Source: Alphaproteobacteria bacterium
Lineage (GTDB): Bacteria > Pseudomonadota > Alphaproteobacteria > JAPOUT01 > G958296285
Reading direction: 5' to 3'
NCBI GenBank assembly: GCA_965204775.1
Contig: CBDBFH010000022.1
Location: forward strand, 19,015-83,014
DNA: 64,000 bases
The notes under the pieces were generated by a model, which was not told the origin of the DNA, did not search any database, and saw only the letters and a program-made list of their open reading frames with translations. The position numbers were made by a program, and so were the translations under genes. Within the stretch, counting starts at the first letter, position 1, and every line of letters starts with the position of its first letter. Below, in pieces: positions 39,330 through 50,078 of this stretch.

Positions 39330-40578
39330 GCGCGCCGCGCCTCAAATCGCGCAGGCGCTGGCGGGACAGCATTTCCGCATGCCGGTTCAAAAGGCCGATC
39401 TCCACCGACTCGCGAGTCACCGTCAACTGCCGGGCCTGCGTCTTCTCGCACAAAACGATGATGTCCACCCCCTCGGCCCCGCTTTGAACCTGCGCCGCCC
39501 GGTTCGGCTCAAGAACGGCAACCGCTTCGCGCAGCGCCCGCGACAAATCCGCCGACTCAATCTCCCCCAAATCCTTCGCCCGGCCCGAAAATCCCGCCGC
39601 CCAGGCTTCCGCCTCGCCGCAGCCGGGAAACTCGGCAGCCACTTTGCTCCGCCAATTGGCCTCCGTATCCGGCGCAGAACCCGCCCGCTCCTTCGGAACA
39701 AAAACCGACGCCAAATGCACCCGCCAGCGATCCGCCTGCTCCGCACGACTCAAACGCCGGTCGCGCAAATAGAGAAGATAAACCCCGTCATCCGTCCGAA
39801 TCGGAACCGAAACCCCCCCCGGCTCCAGACGCCCCAGCGCCTCAGCCAGCCTCTCATTCAGCGCATCCCGTTGAAGCCAGCCAACATCGCCGCCCTGCGC
39901 CGCCGACGGCGCATCACTGAACTCCCCGGCCAGCGCCGCAAACGAAGCCCCCTCCGCCAACTGCCGCCGCAGACGGCGCGCCTGCGCAACCGCCTCCTTC
40001 TCTCCCCCAATACGCGCCGCAGACAGAAAAATCTCCGACAGCAAATAACCCGGCTCGTCCAGACTGCGCAGAGCGCTTTGAAAAGACTCCTCAATCTCCT
40101 GCTCGCTCAGCAGAATCTCCGGCGCAATGGTCTGGCCGACCACCTTCTCCCAGGCCAGCTCGGCCATAAAGCGGCTGTGCAGCGTCTCCGGCGCAATGCC
40201 CCTCTCCCGCAAAAACGCGTTGAAAGAATCACGCGACGAATTGTTGCGCGCAATCATCGAGTCAATCGCCTGCTCAACCTCCCGCTCGCTCACCGTGATG
40301 TTGATGCGCCGCGCCTCCTGCCGGCGGAGTATGTCTTCAATCAGGCGCTCCAGACTCCGCGCGCGGATGCGCGCCTCGTTCTCCGGCGTGACCCGAAGAC
40401 CCGCCATCACCAGAAGCAGACGGACATATTGATCAAGATCATAGTTCGAAACCGGCGCGTGGTTGACAATCGCCGCAATTGCCAGCCCCGGCCGGTCCTG
40501 CGCCGGAGCGCCGCCCGGCAGCCCACTCAGCGCGGCCACAAAAAACAACACAGCAAACAAAGCGGCAAACACGGGCAT
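39313..40578 (-). CDS. surA: SurA-like peptidyl-prolyl isomerase/chaperone
   Basis: IAAIVN, FAALAGEFSD..GGDVGW; lptD-surA-pdxA-rsmA synteny. Confidence 0.88.
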   Translation of the reverse strand: MPVFAALFAVLFFVAALSGLPGGAPAQDRPGLAIAAIVNHAPVSNYDLDQYVRLLLVMAGLRVTPENEARIRARSLERLIEDILRRQEARRINITVSEREVEQAIDSMIARNNSSRDSFNAFLRERGIAPETLHSRFMAELAWEKVVGQTIAPEILLSEQEIEESFQSALRSLDEPGYLLSEIFLSAARIGGEKEAVAQARRLRRQLAEGASFAALAGEFSDAPSAAQGGDVGWLQRDALNERLAEALGRLEPGGVSVPIRTDDGVYLLYLRDRRLSRAEQADRWRVHLASVFVPKERAGSAPDTEANWRSKVAAEFPGCGEAEAWAAGFSGRAKDLGEIESADLSRALREAVAVLEPNRAAQVQSGAEGVDIIVLCEKTQARQLTVTRESVEIGLLNRHAEMLSRQRLRDLRRGAHVELR

Positions 40579-40619
40579 GAGACAAAATTCTGATCGCCAA
40601 GGCGCGCAACCTTATACCA

Positions 40620-42836
40620 TTACGGCCCGCCCCGAAACCCCTGCCGCCGGGAAAGAAAATCCAGCCCCCGGGCCCGGCTGTCCAGCAGAGCCGAAAGCCG
40701 CCCGCTCCCCAGGGTCCGGAACGAAATCCGCAGGCCGATCCGGGTGTCGGGATCAATCTCCCGGTCGCGGGTGAAGTCCTGCTCCAGGGACAGGTCGAGG
40801 ATCAGGCACTCGTCGGCATAGCGCAGGCCAAAGCGGCTGTGAACGCTGCGGTTGTCCTCAAGACTGCGCCGGAACTCGCCGTAGAGCTTCAGATTCTCAA
40901 ACGGCCTCAGCGCTCCCCCGGCGTGAATCTCCTCGCGCGCCTCCGGGACCGGCCCGGCCCCCTCCTCGATATTCACATAACCGACAAAAAAAGACCCCAA
41001 ATGGCTGGTGAACAGAAAATCCACCTCGTTGCGGCGCAGATCAAACGTGCTCCGGTCGAGGCGAAGGCGCTGGGTCAGCTCGATATTCTCGGCGGGGGAG
41101 AGGATGATCCGGGCGATATAGTCCGACGAATCACCCGCCGCGCCGCGCACCGGGTCGGAGGCGGAGTCATGGCGCAGGCGAAAACTTTGACCGGCCAGAA
41201 AATCCAGCAGACCCCCCGCCTGCCCCTGCAGGGAAAGCGACAAAGCCGCATCAACCCGCAACCCGCTCTCCCATTGGTCAAACCCGTCGAACCGGTTGCG
41301 GCTGAGCAGATTGGAGTCGTCCAGCTCGGCGATCGGACCGTCCTCAATGGGAATCCGGGTGTCGCTCGCGCTGTTGCCGGAATAAACCAGCTGCACAACC
41401 GGCTTGATGATCTGACTGGTGTCGCGCCCGTGCCGGATCAGCGGCCACTGCCAGACCGCCCCGGCCAGCGGGAGCAGGCGGGTCTCCAGCCGGCTTTCCG
41501 CCCGCGTCATCCCCGGCGGCGTCTCCTCAATATGGTAGAGGTCGCCGCGCATACGGGCGAACAGCTGCAGCGCTCCCCCCCACGGATCCACGAACGTCCG
41601 CTCCCAGGCCGTCGCCAGCGAAAGACGCCTTTGATCGCGTCCGCGCCCCTCGCGCAGCAGGGAAAGCGCATTGATCCGAAACGACAGACTGCCCCCAAAC
41701 AGCCGCGCCGCCGGACTCCCGATATAGTCAAAATACGGCCCGACCGACGGCGTCTCCTCCTCTTCGACCAGAAGGTCCTTAAAATAATAGCCGATCAGGG
41801 ACAGGCGGTGCTCTTCGCCCGTCGCCTCGACGAACAGGCGCGAGATCAGGCTGGTCTCCTCGGACAGGTCATAAAAGCGCAGATAGGTGTCGTCGCTGGC
41901 GGCCTGAATGTCAAAGCCCCAGCGCCCATGCAGCCCCAGCCGAAACCGGCCACGCCCAAACAGATGACCGCGAAACGACGGCTCCCCCGCCGCCCGCTCC
42001 GCCGGCCAGGTCGCGCTGCCCGACAGCGCATAATAGCCGTTGCCCACAACATGGCGCAGACCGCCCTCGAAAACCACGCCTTTCCGGCTGGTGATCACAG
42101 GCTCGACGATCAAGTCGGCGCGCCGGCCCAGCGTCGCAAAATAGGGCAGGGAAAAGCGGAAGCCCAGATTGCCCGACCGGCTCGCATCCGGAATCAAAAA
42201 GCCGCTCTTGCGCTTCACTTCCGGGCTGGGATGCCACAGATAGGGAAGATAAAAGACCGGAACCCCCAGAATCTCCATAACCGCGCCGCGATATTCAACG
42301 GTCCGGCTGTCTTGATCATACGTGACCCGCTGCGCCCGAATCTGCCAGACAGGCCGGGTGCGCCCCTCTTCCGGGCAAAGCCGGCAGGGGCTGTAGACGG
42401 CGTTGAGCAGCACGTTCTCGCGCCCCCCGCGCCGCGCCGCGCGCGCGGCAAGGCGCGACTCATCTCCCCAGCGCAGCGCCGGCCAGCTGATCCGCCCGCT
42501 CTCCAGATCGCGCTGGAAAACCGCCCGCCGCGCCGACAACACCGCGCGCCCCGGCTCGAAAAACTGCACATTCCCCTCAACCCGGATCACCCCGGAGCGC
42601 TCATCGTAAGAGGCATAGTCCGCGGTCAGCAGACGCCCGCCCTGCGCAATCTCCACCCGCCCTCTCGCCTCCACCCGGCGGCGCGGGCGGTCATAGACCA
42701 GCTCCTCGGCCTCAAACAAAATGTCCCCCGATATGCGCAAATTGTAGCGCCCGTCCGCCCCGGCCTCCGCCTCCTGCGCCTGCGCACCCCCGCCCGCCAG
42801 CAGAACCGCAAGAAAAACCGCAAGCCGCAGGCGCAT
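40620..42836 (-). CDS. lptD: LPS assembly protein LptD
   Basis: YSPC, VKRKSGFLIP, YADECL; operon position. Confidence 0.92.
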   Translation of the reverse strand: MRLRLAVFLAVLLAGGGAQAQEAEAGADGRYNLRISGDILFEAEELVYDRPRRRVEARGRVEIAQGGRLLTADYASYDERSGVIRVEGNVQFFEPGRAVLSARRAVFQRDLESGRISWPALRWGDESRLAARAARRGGRENVLLNAVYSPCRLCPEEGRTRPVWQIRAQRVTYDQDSRTVEYRGAVMEILGVPVFYLPYLWHPSPEVKRKSGFLIPDASRSGNLGFRFSLPYFATLGRRADLIVEPVITSRKGVVFEGGLRHVVGNGYYALSGSATWPAERAAGEPSFRGHLFGRGRFRLGLHGRWGFDIQAASDDTYLRFYDLSEETSLISRLFVEATGEEHRLSLIGYYFKDLLVEEEETPSVGPYFDYIGSPAARLFGGSLSFRINALSLLREGRGRDQRRLSLATAWERTFVDPWGGALQLFARMRGDLYHIEETPPGMTRAESRLETRLLPLAGAVWQWPLIRHGRDTSQIIKPVVQLVYSGNSASDTRIPIEDGPIAELDDSNLLSRNRFDGFDQWESGLRVDAALSLSLQGQAGGLLDFLAGQSFRLRHDSASDPVRGAAGDSSDYIARIILSPAENIELTQRLRLDRSTFDLRRNEVDFLFTSHLGSFFVGYVNIEEGAGPVPEAREEIHAGGALRPFENLKLYGEFRRSLEDNRSVHSRFGLRYADECLILDLSLEQDFTRDREIDPDTRIGLRISFRTLGSGRLSALLDSRARGLDFLSRRQGFRGGP

Positions 42837-43930
42837 CACTCCTCCTGGTAAAGCAGAAGCGCCAGACCCAGCGCGCCCGTCAGCAGAATCGGCCCCGCAA
42901 CCGTCAGCGCCGCCGGAACAATGCCCGACAGACTCAACATTCGGGTCAATGACAGGAACCCGTAGATCACAAAGCCGGAGGCGGTCCCCAGACAGACCAG
43001 CGCAACCATTCGCCCCCGCCGGTCGGCATAGAAAAGCGCAAACGCCGCCCCCAGCAGAGTCATCGCACACAGGAAAAAGGGCCGCGCCGCCAGCTCATAA
43101 AAATGCAGACGGTGCGCCGCCGCCGAAAACCCCGCCGCCCTCGCCAGCTCAATGAAGCGGGGCAATTCCCAAAAGGAAATCGTGACCGGCAGGGCAAAAC
43201 TTTGCCGAACCCGGCGCAGGGTCAGCGTGGTCGGATGGCGGTGGGCGGCGGCGAAGCGGCCCAACGCGTCGGGCGAGGAAATCCAGACATTCCTCAAATC
43301 CCAATAGCCCTCTTCGAGGACGGCCCGCTCGGCATCAAGGCGTCCGGTGAGCAGGTCGCCGGGCTCGTAGACAAAGAAGGTGACGTCATAGAGTTCGCGG
43401 CCCTGATCCGCCGCCCGCAGCGCATGAATGACCGAAGGCGCCTGCGCGCCGGGCTGGCGCAGCCACAGTCCGGTGTCGGAAAAGGCCAGCAGGCTGGTCC
43501 GCCCCTTCAGATGCCGCGCTTCCAGCGCCTCAAACCGCGCCGAAAATTGCGCAGAGACCGGATTCAACACCCCCGTCGCAATCACGCCGGACAGAAAGGC
43601 AATCAACAGCGCCGGAATCAAAAACAGGCGCGCCGGCAGGCCGCTCGTCCGGGCGACAATCAGCTCCCGGCTTCGGGTCAGCGCAAGAAAACAAAACAGC
43701 CCCCCCAACAGAAAGGCGAAGGGCAGCACGGCTTCGATCACGCCGGGAGTCTGAAGCAGGGCCATCTCAGCCGTCCGGCTGAAGGGAACCGGATCCTTGC
43801 CGGCCAGGCGGCGAAGGAGTTCGGCAAGATTGGCGAAAAAAATAATCGCAAAGCAGGCCGCCAGAACCGCGGCAATATGCAGAACAAAGCGCCTGGCAAT
43901 GTAAAAGAACAGTGTGCGGAAATGCGGCAT
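42836..43930 (-). CDS. lptG: LPS export permease LptG
   Basis: ELIVARTSG, GLWLRQ, ISFWELP. Confidence 0.9.
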   Translation of the reverse strand: MPHFRTLFFYIARRFVLHIAAVLAACFAIIFFANLAELLRRLAGKDPVPFSRTAEMALLQTPGVIEAVLPFAFLLGGLFCFLALTRSRELIVARTSGLPARLFLIPALLIAFLSGVIATGVLNPVSAQFSARFEALEARHLKGRTSLLAFSDTGLWLRQPGAQAPSVIHALRAADQGRELYDVTFFVYEPGDLLTGRLDAERAVLEEGYWDLRNVWISSPDALGRFAAAHRHPTTLTLRRVRQSFALPVTISFWELPRFIELARAAGFSAAAHRLHFYELAARPFFLCAMTLLGAAFALFYADRRGRMVALVCLGTASGFVIYGFLSLTRMLSLSGIVPAALTVAGPILLTGALGLALLLYQEE

Positions 43931-45144
43931 TATTCGGCTGCCGGCCTGACAAAGAACAGACGCCGCCAGTCAGGCCCCGCCGCCGGCGCGCGGGAAATCG
44001 CCAGGGCGGCCAGCAGACATGCGCCAAGCGGAAGAATGTAGAGCAAGGGCAGCGCCGCCGGGCTTCGCACCACCAGACTGGAGGCGATGTAGCCCAGCAG
44101 GCGCAATCCGGCGGCGGCGGCGGCGGCGCGGGCAATGCGCAGGCCATAGCCGCGCCGGTTGATCTCCCCGGCCAGAAGGACGGCCAGCGCCAGCATCGCA
44201 TAGGCCAGACAATAAAGCGGCGCGGCGGTCCGGTCATGGAAGAGCGCCAGACGCGCCCGGCGCTCCCCCGGCGAAAGACCCGCCCCGTCCCTCAGCAACT
44301 CGCCGGGATACAACTCCCGGCGGCGCAAATCCCCAATCCCCCGGTCCGGAATCAAGCGGGATATGTCATAGGAATATTTGTCAAAAGAAAGAAGCGTCAG
44401 GCCGCTGTTCCCGGAGGGTTCCTGCTCCGCGCCGGAGCGCCGCCGCTCGGTGGAGCGCCGCCGCTCGGCGGGGCGCCGCCGCTCGGCGGAGCGGTCGTAA
44501 TGGTGAATCTGGCCGTTGAACATGACCAGACGCGCATCCGCGCCGCCGCCGTGAAGCAATGCGCCGGTCTCGGCGGCGTAGGTGACCGGATTGTCCGGGT
44601 CGCGCCCGTCCTGAATCAAAATCCCGTGGATCGTGCCCTCAAAATCGTGACGGCGCACGAAAAGCGTCACCCCGGCGACCGGATTGGTGAAACTGCCCGC
44701 ATTCAGCATCGCCGAGGTGATGATCTCGGTGCGCAGCTGAAACGTCTTCAGCCGCAGCGCATGCTGGCTCCAGGGCAGGCCGTAAAGATTGAGGATAAGG
44801 GTGAGAAAGGCCGTCCCGGCGGCGGTCAGCAGGATCGGGCGCATGAAGGCGGCCCGGCTCATCCCGGCGGCGAACATCACCGCCGCCTCGTTGTCGAAAA
44901 ACAGCCGGTGCAGCGTGTAGAGCAGCGCGATAAACAGCGCCGGCGGAAGAATCAAAACCAGAATCGAGGGCGCCGTGTAGAGCAGCAATTGAACATAGAT
45001 CGACAGACTCTGGCTGCTGACCCCGACCGAGTCGAGCAGGCGCAGCGCATACAGCAGCCAGACCAGGCCGAGCAAAATGGCGGCGCTCAGGGCGAAGGGC
45101 GGCGCAAGCTGGGAGAAGATGTAGCGGGACAGCTGGGTCATCAA
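43930..45144 (-). CDS. lptF: LPS export permease LptF
   Basis: RYIFSQL, DNEAAVMFAAG; upstream of lptG and divergent from pepA. Confidence 0.9.
   Translation of the reverse strand: MMTQLSRYIFSQLAPPFALSAAILLGLVWLLYALRLLDSVGVSSQSLSIYVQLLLYTAPSILVLILPPALFIALLYTLHRLFFDNEAAVMFAAGMSRAAFMRPILLTAAGTAFLTLILNLYGLPWSQHALRLKTFQLRTEIITSAMLNAGSFTNPVAGVTLFVRRHDFEGTIHGILIQDGRDPDNPVTYAAETGALLHGGGADARLVMFNGQIHHYDRSAERRRPAERRRSTERRRSGAEQEPSGNSGLTLLSFDKYSYDISRLIPDRGIGDLRRRELYPGELLRDGAGLSPGERRARLALFHDRTAAPLYCLAYAMLALAVLLAGEINRRGYGLRIARAAAAAAGLRLLGYIASSLVVRSPAALPLLYILPLGACLLAALAISRAPAAGPDWRRLFFVRPAAE
44434..44493. repeat. In-frame 18-bp tandem repeat (~3.3 copies) in lptF
   Basis: ggagcgccgccgctcggt / ggagcgccgccgctcggc / ggggcgccgccgctcggc, encoding AERRRP AERRRS TERRRS. 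Confidence 0.9.
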
Positions 45145-45306
45145 AGGCGGGCGCGGCAGGAGAGGAAATCTCCCCCGGCAGATTTACTCCATTTCCCCTC
45201 TTCAGGCAAAGCCGCCGGCGGGTTCCGATTTGCCAAAGGCAAACTTTCCGGTTATTGCCTGTGCGGGAGGCCCGGCGCGGCCTGAGGCGAGAGAGGAGAT
45301 CCAGAC

Positions 45307-46815
45307 ATGCAGATTTCTTTTGGACCGGCGGCCATGCCCAAAACGGGCACCGTTGTCGTTCCGGCGCTGGACGGGGGCAAACTGCCCGGAGCCGCCGCCG
45401 CGCTCGACCGGCAGACCGGCGGCCTCCTCAAGCGGGCCATGCGCACCGCCGCCGCCACCGGAAAAAACGGAAGTTTCGTCGAACTCCTCGCCCCCGCCGC
45501 AACCAGACTCGAGCGGATTCTCATCGCCGGGCTGGGCAAACCCGCAGACCGCACCCTGCATGATTTCGAAAATCTGGGCGGGCGGCTGGTCAAGCGCCTC
45601 GCCGCCGCATCCCCAAAGCGCGTGACCGTCCTGCTTGACGCCATCCCCGGCCTCAAGCCGGAGCCCGCCGAAATCTGCGCCCATGCCGCCTTCGGCGCAA
45701 CCCTGGGCGGCTACCGCTTCGACAAATACCTGACCCGAAAATCGGCCGGGATCAGAAAAAAAGAAATCGGCGCGCTCGTCCTCGCCACCAGACAAAAGCA
45801 GGCCGCCGCCCGCGCCTTCAAGGCCCTCGACGCCCTCGCCGCCGGAGTCACACTCGCCCGCGACCTCGTCCACGAACCCCCCAACGTCCTCTATCCCGAA
45901 GCCTTCGCCGCCGAAGTCAAAAAACTCGCCCGGCTGGGCGTCAAGGTCGAAATCCTCAACGAGCCCCAAATGAAGCGGCTGGGCATGAACGCCCTGCTCG
46001 GCGTCGGACAGGGCAGCCGCCGCGAAAGCCGCCTCGCCGTCATGCGCTGGCAGGGCGGCGGCAAAAACGACCCGACCGCCGCCTTCGTCGGAAAGGGCGT
46101 CTGCTTCGACACCGGCGGAATCTCCCTCAAACCCCCACCCAATATGGACGCCATGAAGGCCGATATGGGCGGCGCCGCATGTGTCACCGGACTGTTCAGC
46201 GCCCTCGCCCGGCGCAAGGCCCGCGTCAATGCCGCCGGCGTCATCGGCCTCGTCGAAAACATGCCCGGCGGCAACGCCCAGCGCCCCGGCGACATCGTCA
46301 CCTCCATGTCGGGCCAGACCATCGAAATCCTCAACACCGACGCCGAAGGCCGCCTCGTCCTCGCCGACGCCCTCTGCTACGCACAGACCAAATTCAAGCC
46401 CGCCGTCCTCATCGACCTCGCCACCCTCACCGGCGCAATCCTGATCGCGCTGGGCCAGGAATATGCCGGCCTCTTCTCCAATGACGACACCCTCGCCCAG
46501 CGCCTCGCCGGCGCCGGCGAAGCCGAAGGCGAGCGCGTCTGGCGCCTCCCCATGGCCAAAAACTATGACGAAATGATCGATTCCAAAAACGCCGACGTCA
46601 AAAATATCGGCGGCGGGCGAAATGCCGGATCCATCACCGCAGCGCAATTCCTCAAGCGCTTCGTGACCGGAACGCATTGGGCACATATCGACATCGCCGG
46701 AACCGCCATGGCAACCTCCCCAACCCCGCTCTCGCCGGGATGGGCTTCCGGCTTCGGCGTCCGCCTGCTCAACCGCTTCCTGATCGACAATTACGAAAAG
46801 CCCGCCCGCCGATGA
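45307..46815 (+). CDS. pepA: Leucyl aminopeptidase (M17)
   Basis: VGKGVCFDTGG, MKADMGG, NTDAEGRL, LATLTG. Confidence 0.96.
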   Translation: MQISFGPAAMPKTGTVVVPALDGGKLPGAAAALDRQTGGLLKRAMRTAAATGKNGSFVELLAPAATRLERILIAGLGKPADRTLHDFENLGGRLVKRLAAASPKRVTVLLDAIPGLKPEPAEICAHAAFGATLGGYRFDKYLTRKSAGIRKKEIGALVLATRQKQAAARAFKALDALAAGVTLARDLVHEPPNVLYPEAFAAEVKKLARLGVKVEILNEPQMKRLGMNALLGVGQGSRRESRLAVMRWQGGGKNDPTAAFVGKGVCFDTGGISLKPPPNMDAMKADMGGAACVTGLFSALARRKARVNAAGVIGLVENMPGGNAQRPGDIVTSMSGQTIEILNTDAEGRLVLADALCYAQTKFKPAVLIDLATLTGAILIALGQEYAGLFSNDDTLAQRLAGAGEAEGERVWRLPMAKNYDEMIDSKNADVKNIGGGRNAGSITAAQFLKRFVTGTHWAHIDIAGTAMATSPTPLSPGWASGFGVRLLNRFLIDNYEKPARR

Positions 46816-47261
46816 CGCCCCCGGTTTCGATCTATCGCCTGGGCCGCTCGCCGCTCGACGCCGTCCTGCCTGTCCTGCTCCAGAAAAGTCTGGAGCAGGG
46901 CATGCGCGCCGTCGTCCGCGCCGCCCCGGAGATGGTCGCCGCCCTCAACCGGATGCTCTGGACGTGGCGCGACGACAGTTTCCTGCCCCACGGCAGCCGC
47001 GAAGACGGCCCGCCGGGCCAACAGCCCGTCTATCTGACCGGCGGCGGCGAAAACCCGAATGACGCCGAACTGCTCGTCATTCTCGATGGGGCCGAGGCGG
47101 TCTCACTGGACAACTGCCGCCGCTGCCTTTACCTGTTCGACGGCGGCGACCCGGAAGCCGCGCCCCGCGCCGACGCCCTGCAGCGCGACTGGCAGGCGCA
47201 GGGCGCACAGATCACCCGCTGGCAGCAGGACGACTCCGGAAACTGGAAACAGGCGCAGTGA
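46812..47261 (+). CDS. holC: DNA polymerase III subunit chi
   Basis: LWTWRDDSFLPHG, QPVYLT; follows pepA. Confidence 0.9.
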   Translation: MTPPVSIYRLGRSPLDAVLPVLLQKSLEQGMRAVVRAAPEMVAALNRMLWTWRDDSFLPHGSREDGPPGQQPVYLTGGGENPNDAELLVILDGAEAVSLDNCRRCLYLFDGGDPEAAPRADALQRDWQAQGAQITRWQQDDSGNWKQAQ

Positions 47262-47264
47262 CCT

Positions 47265-47687
47265 ATGGCGGTCGAACGCACCCTCTCAATCATCAAACCC
47301 GACGCCACCAGGCGCAACATCACCGGGCAAATCATCACCTGTCTGGAAGAGGCCGGCCTGCGCATCGTCGCCCAGAAGCGCCTCGTGCTGAGCCGGGAGC
47401 AGGCCGAAAACTTTTATGCCGTCCATAAGGAGCGCCCCTTCTTCCGCGATCTGGTCGCCTATATGACGTCGGGGCCGGTGGTCGTTCAGGTGCTCGAAGG
47501 CGCCGGAGCCGTCGCCCGCAACCGCAAACTGATGGGGGCGACCGATCCGGCCAGCGCCGAGGCCGGAACCATCCGCGCCCGCTTCGGCCAGTCCGTCGAG
47601 GCCAACGCCGTCCACGGCTCCGACAGCCCGCAGACCGCCCGGCAGGAAATCCGCTTCTTCTTCCGCCCCGGTGAGATTCCCGGCTAG
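47265..47687 (+). CDS. ndk: Nucleoside diphosphate kinase
   Basis: [19 protein letters not shown]. Confidence 0.98.
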   Translation: MAVERTLSIIKPDATRRNITGQIITCLEEAGLRIVAQKRLVLSREQAENFYAVHKERPFFRDLVAYMTSGPVVVQVLEGAGAVARNRKLMGATDPASAEAGTIRARFGQSVEANAVHGSDSPQTARQEIRFFFRPGEIPG

Positions 47688-48769
47688 GCCGCTATTTGCG
47701 GAAAGCCCTCTATGTGAATGGCGGGCATCTCCGGCTCCCGCTCGCGCAAAACCCCGATCCGCGCGACCCGTTCGCCGGCTTTCTCCAGAATCTGCGCGAC
47801 CCCCGCTCCGTCTTCCGGTGCGCAGATCACCGCCAGGCCGATCCCGCAATTAAAGACCCGGAACATCTCCTCGCGCGAGACGGAACCGGCCTGCGCCAGC
47901 CAGCCGAAAATCCCCGGCATCGCAATGCGCGCCGCGTCAATATGCGCCGCCAGCCCCTGCGCCCCGATGGCGCGGGGAATATTGTCGGTCAGACCCCCTC
48001 CGGTGATATGCGCAACCCCCTTGATCCGCCCCGGCAGCGCCCGCAGCAGGGCCAGCACAGGCCGAACATAAATGCGGGTCGGGGCCAGCAATATCTCCGC
48101 CAGCGTCCGCGAGGCATCCGGCGGAAAAGGCGAGGCGAGCGTCAGACCCGCCTCGTCCATGATCTTGCGGACCAGCGCAAAGCCGTTGGAGTGAACGCCG
48201 TCCGAGGCCAGACCCAAAACCAGATCGCCGGGCGCGGCCAGCGCCCCCGGCAACAGCGCCCCGCGCTCGGCGGCCCCGACCGCAAAGCCCGCCAGATCAT
48301 AAGCCCCTTCGGCATAAAGGCCGGGCATCGCGGCGGTCTCGCCGCCGATCAGCGCCGCCCCGCTCTCCTTGCAGGCCCGGCAAATCCCCTCCACAATCTC
48401 GCGCGCCCGGACGGGATCAAGCCGCTCCGAGGCCATGTAGTCCAGAAAAAAAAGCGGCTCCGCGCCTTGCGAAATCAAATCATTGACGCACATCGCCACC
48501 AGATCATAGCCGGCAATGTCCAGCCGCCCGGCCTCGGCGGCCAGCATGATCTTGCTCCCGACCCCGTCCGCCGCAGCGACCAGAACCGGATCACGAAACC
48601 CCGCCCGCGCCAGATCGAAAATCCCCCCGAAGCCACCCAGAATCGGCATCGCCCCGGGCCGGGCCGTCGCCGCCGCAAGTGGCGCAATCACCGGAATCAG
48701 CGCATTCCCGGCGGTAATATCAACCCCGGCCCGCGCATAGGCCCCCCCTTCAGCGTCCGCTTTGCTCAT
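47684..48769 (-). CDS. purM: Phosphoribosylformylglycinamidine cyclo-ligase (AIR synthase)
   Basis: [37 protein letters not shown]. Confidence 0.96.
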   Translation of the reverse strand: MSKADAEGGAYARAGVDITAGNALIPVIAPLAAATARPGAMPILGGFGGIFDLARAGFRDPVLVAAADGVGSKIMLAAEAGRLDIAGYDLVAMCVNDLISQGAEPLFFLDYMASERLDPVRAREIVEGICRACKESGAALIGGETAAMPGLYAEGAYDLAGFAVGAAERGALLPGALAAPGDLVLGLASDGVHSNGFALVRKIMDEAGLTLASPFPPDASRTLAEILLAPTRIYVRPVLALLRALPGRIKGVAHITGGGLTDNIPRAIGAQGLAAHIDAARIAMPGIFGWLAQAGSVSREEMFRVFNCGIGLAVICAPEDGAGVAQILEKAGERVARIGVLREREPEMPAIHIEGFPQIAA

Positions 48770-48939
48770 CGGCAGACTCCTGATCCCTCCAAATCTCAGT
48801 CGAATCAGCCCCTCATCATCTCATAATAAATTCCGGCAAGCACCCCGCGCTTGCAGGCAAACGGGAAGTCGGGCACTCTGCCCCGCCTCCGGAGCGCCTG
48901 CCGGGGGAGGAAAGGGAAGGGAAACGGGAGGGGAAAATT

Positions 48940-50031
48940 GTGATTCGCCTGTTCGCGCTTCTCGCCGCCGTCTTGATCTTCGCCCCGCCCGCCCGCGCGC
49001 AGGGCGACCTCTATGTCGTGCGCGATGTGCCGATAGAAGCCGCCGCCCGCTCGGCGGCGCAGGCCAGATCACGCGCGCTGGGCGAGGGCCATGTCCGCGC
49101 CCTGCGCCGCCTCCTGCGCCGTCTGACCCTGCCCGAAGACCATCACCGCCTGCCCGGTCTCGCCGCCCGCCCCGCCCGCGCCCTGGCCGTCAGCTTCGAG
49201 CCCGCCCGCGAAAAAACCAGCCGCACCCGCTACATCGCCCGCCTCTCGGTGCGCTTCTCCCCCCGCAAAGTGCGCGCCCTCCTGCGCCAGCGCGCCATCG
49301 CCTATAGCGATGTGCAGGCGCGCGCCGCCCTGCTCATCCCCCTCTATCAGGCCCCGCCCGATCCCCCCGTCCTCTGGGAAAACCCCAATCCCTGGCGCGC
49401 CGCGTGGAGCGAGCGCGACCTCGAAAATATCCCCACCCCCCTCGTCCTGCCGGTCGGCGATGTCACCGATATCGTCGCGCTGCCCGCCCGCAATGCCGCT
49501 CGCCTCGACCGCGGCGGCCTCCTCGCCCTCGCCCAGAGGCAGGGACTGGATTACGTCCTCCTCGCCCGCGCCCGATATGAGGGCGGCGGGGCCATGGGCG
49601 TCGAGATCACCCCCCTCTTCGCCGCCGATGACAGCCCCGCCGCCCCTCTCGCCTTCGTCGTCACCGGCCCCGACGACCCCCAGGCCCTCGCCCGCAAGGC
49701 CGCCGCAACCGTCTTGCGCCTCGCCGCCGACAGCTGGAAGCGCCGCATGCTCATCCAGCATGAGGAAACCATGCGCGGCCTCGTCGAAATCCGCTTCGCC
49801 TCCTTCGCCGAGTGGCGCGCCATCCGCGAGAGGCTGAACCGCGTCCCCATCCTCGAAGCCCAGGAACTGCACGCTTTGGGCAGCCGGCAGGCCCTCCTCG
49901 AAATCGCCTTTCGCGGCAGGCCCGAAGTCTTCGCCCTCGCCCTCGCCCAGCACGGAATCGCCTTCTCCGCACAGGCCGAAGACCCCACGCCAGACAGGCA
50001 GAACACATGGACGATGCAACTGCAAAAATAA
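48940..50031 (+). CDS. DUF2066-like exported protein
   Basis: Signal peptide; LWENPNPWRAAW, LPVGD; usual position divergent from purM. Confidence 0.65.
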   Translation: MIRLFALLAAVLIFAPPARAQGDLYVVRDVPIEAAARSAAQARSRALGEGHVRALRRLLRRLTLPEDHHRLPGLAARPARALAVSFEPAREKTSRTRYIARLSVRFSPRKVRALLRQRAIAYSDVQARAALLIPLYQAPPDPPVLWENPNPWRAAWSERDLENIPTPLVLPVGDVTDIVALPARNAARLDRGGLLALAQRQGLDYVLLARARYEGGGAMGVEITPLFAADDSPAAPLAFVVTGPDDPQALARKAAATVLRLAADSWKRRMLIQHEETMRGLVEIRFASFAEWRAIRERLNRVPILEAQELHALGSRQALLEIAFRGRPEVFALALAQHGIAFSAQAEDPTPDRQNTWTMQLQK

Positions 50032-50078
50032 GATCTGCCAACCGCGCCGCCCGGACCCAAAAGGCCCTGAAAGAGGCC

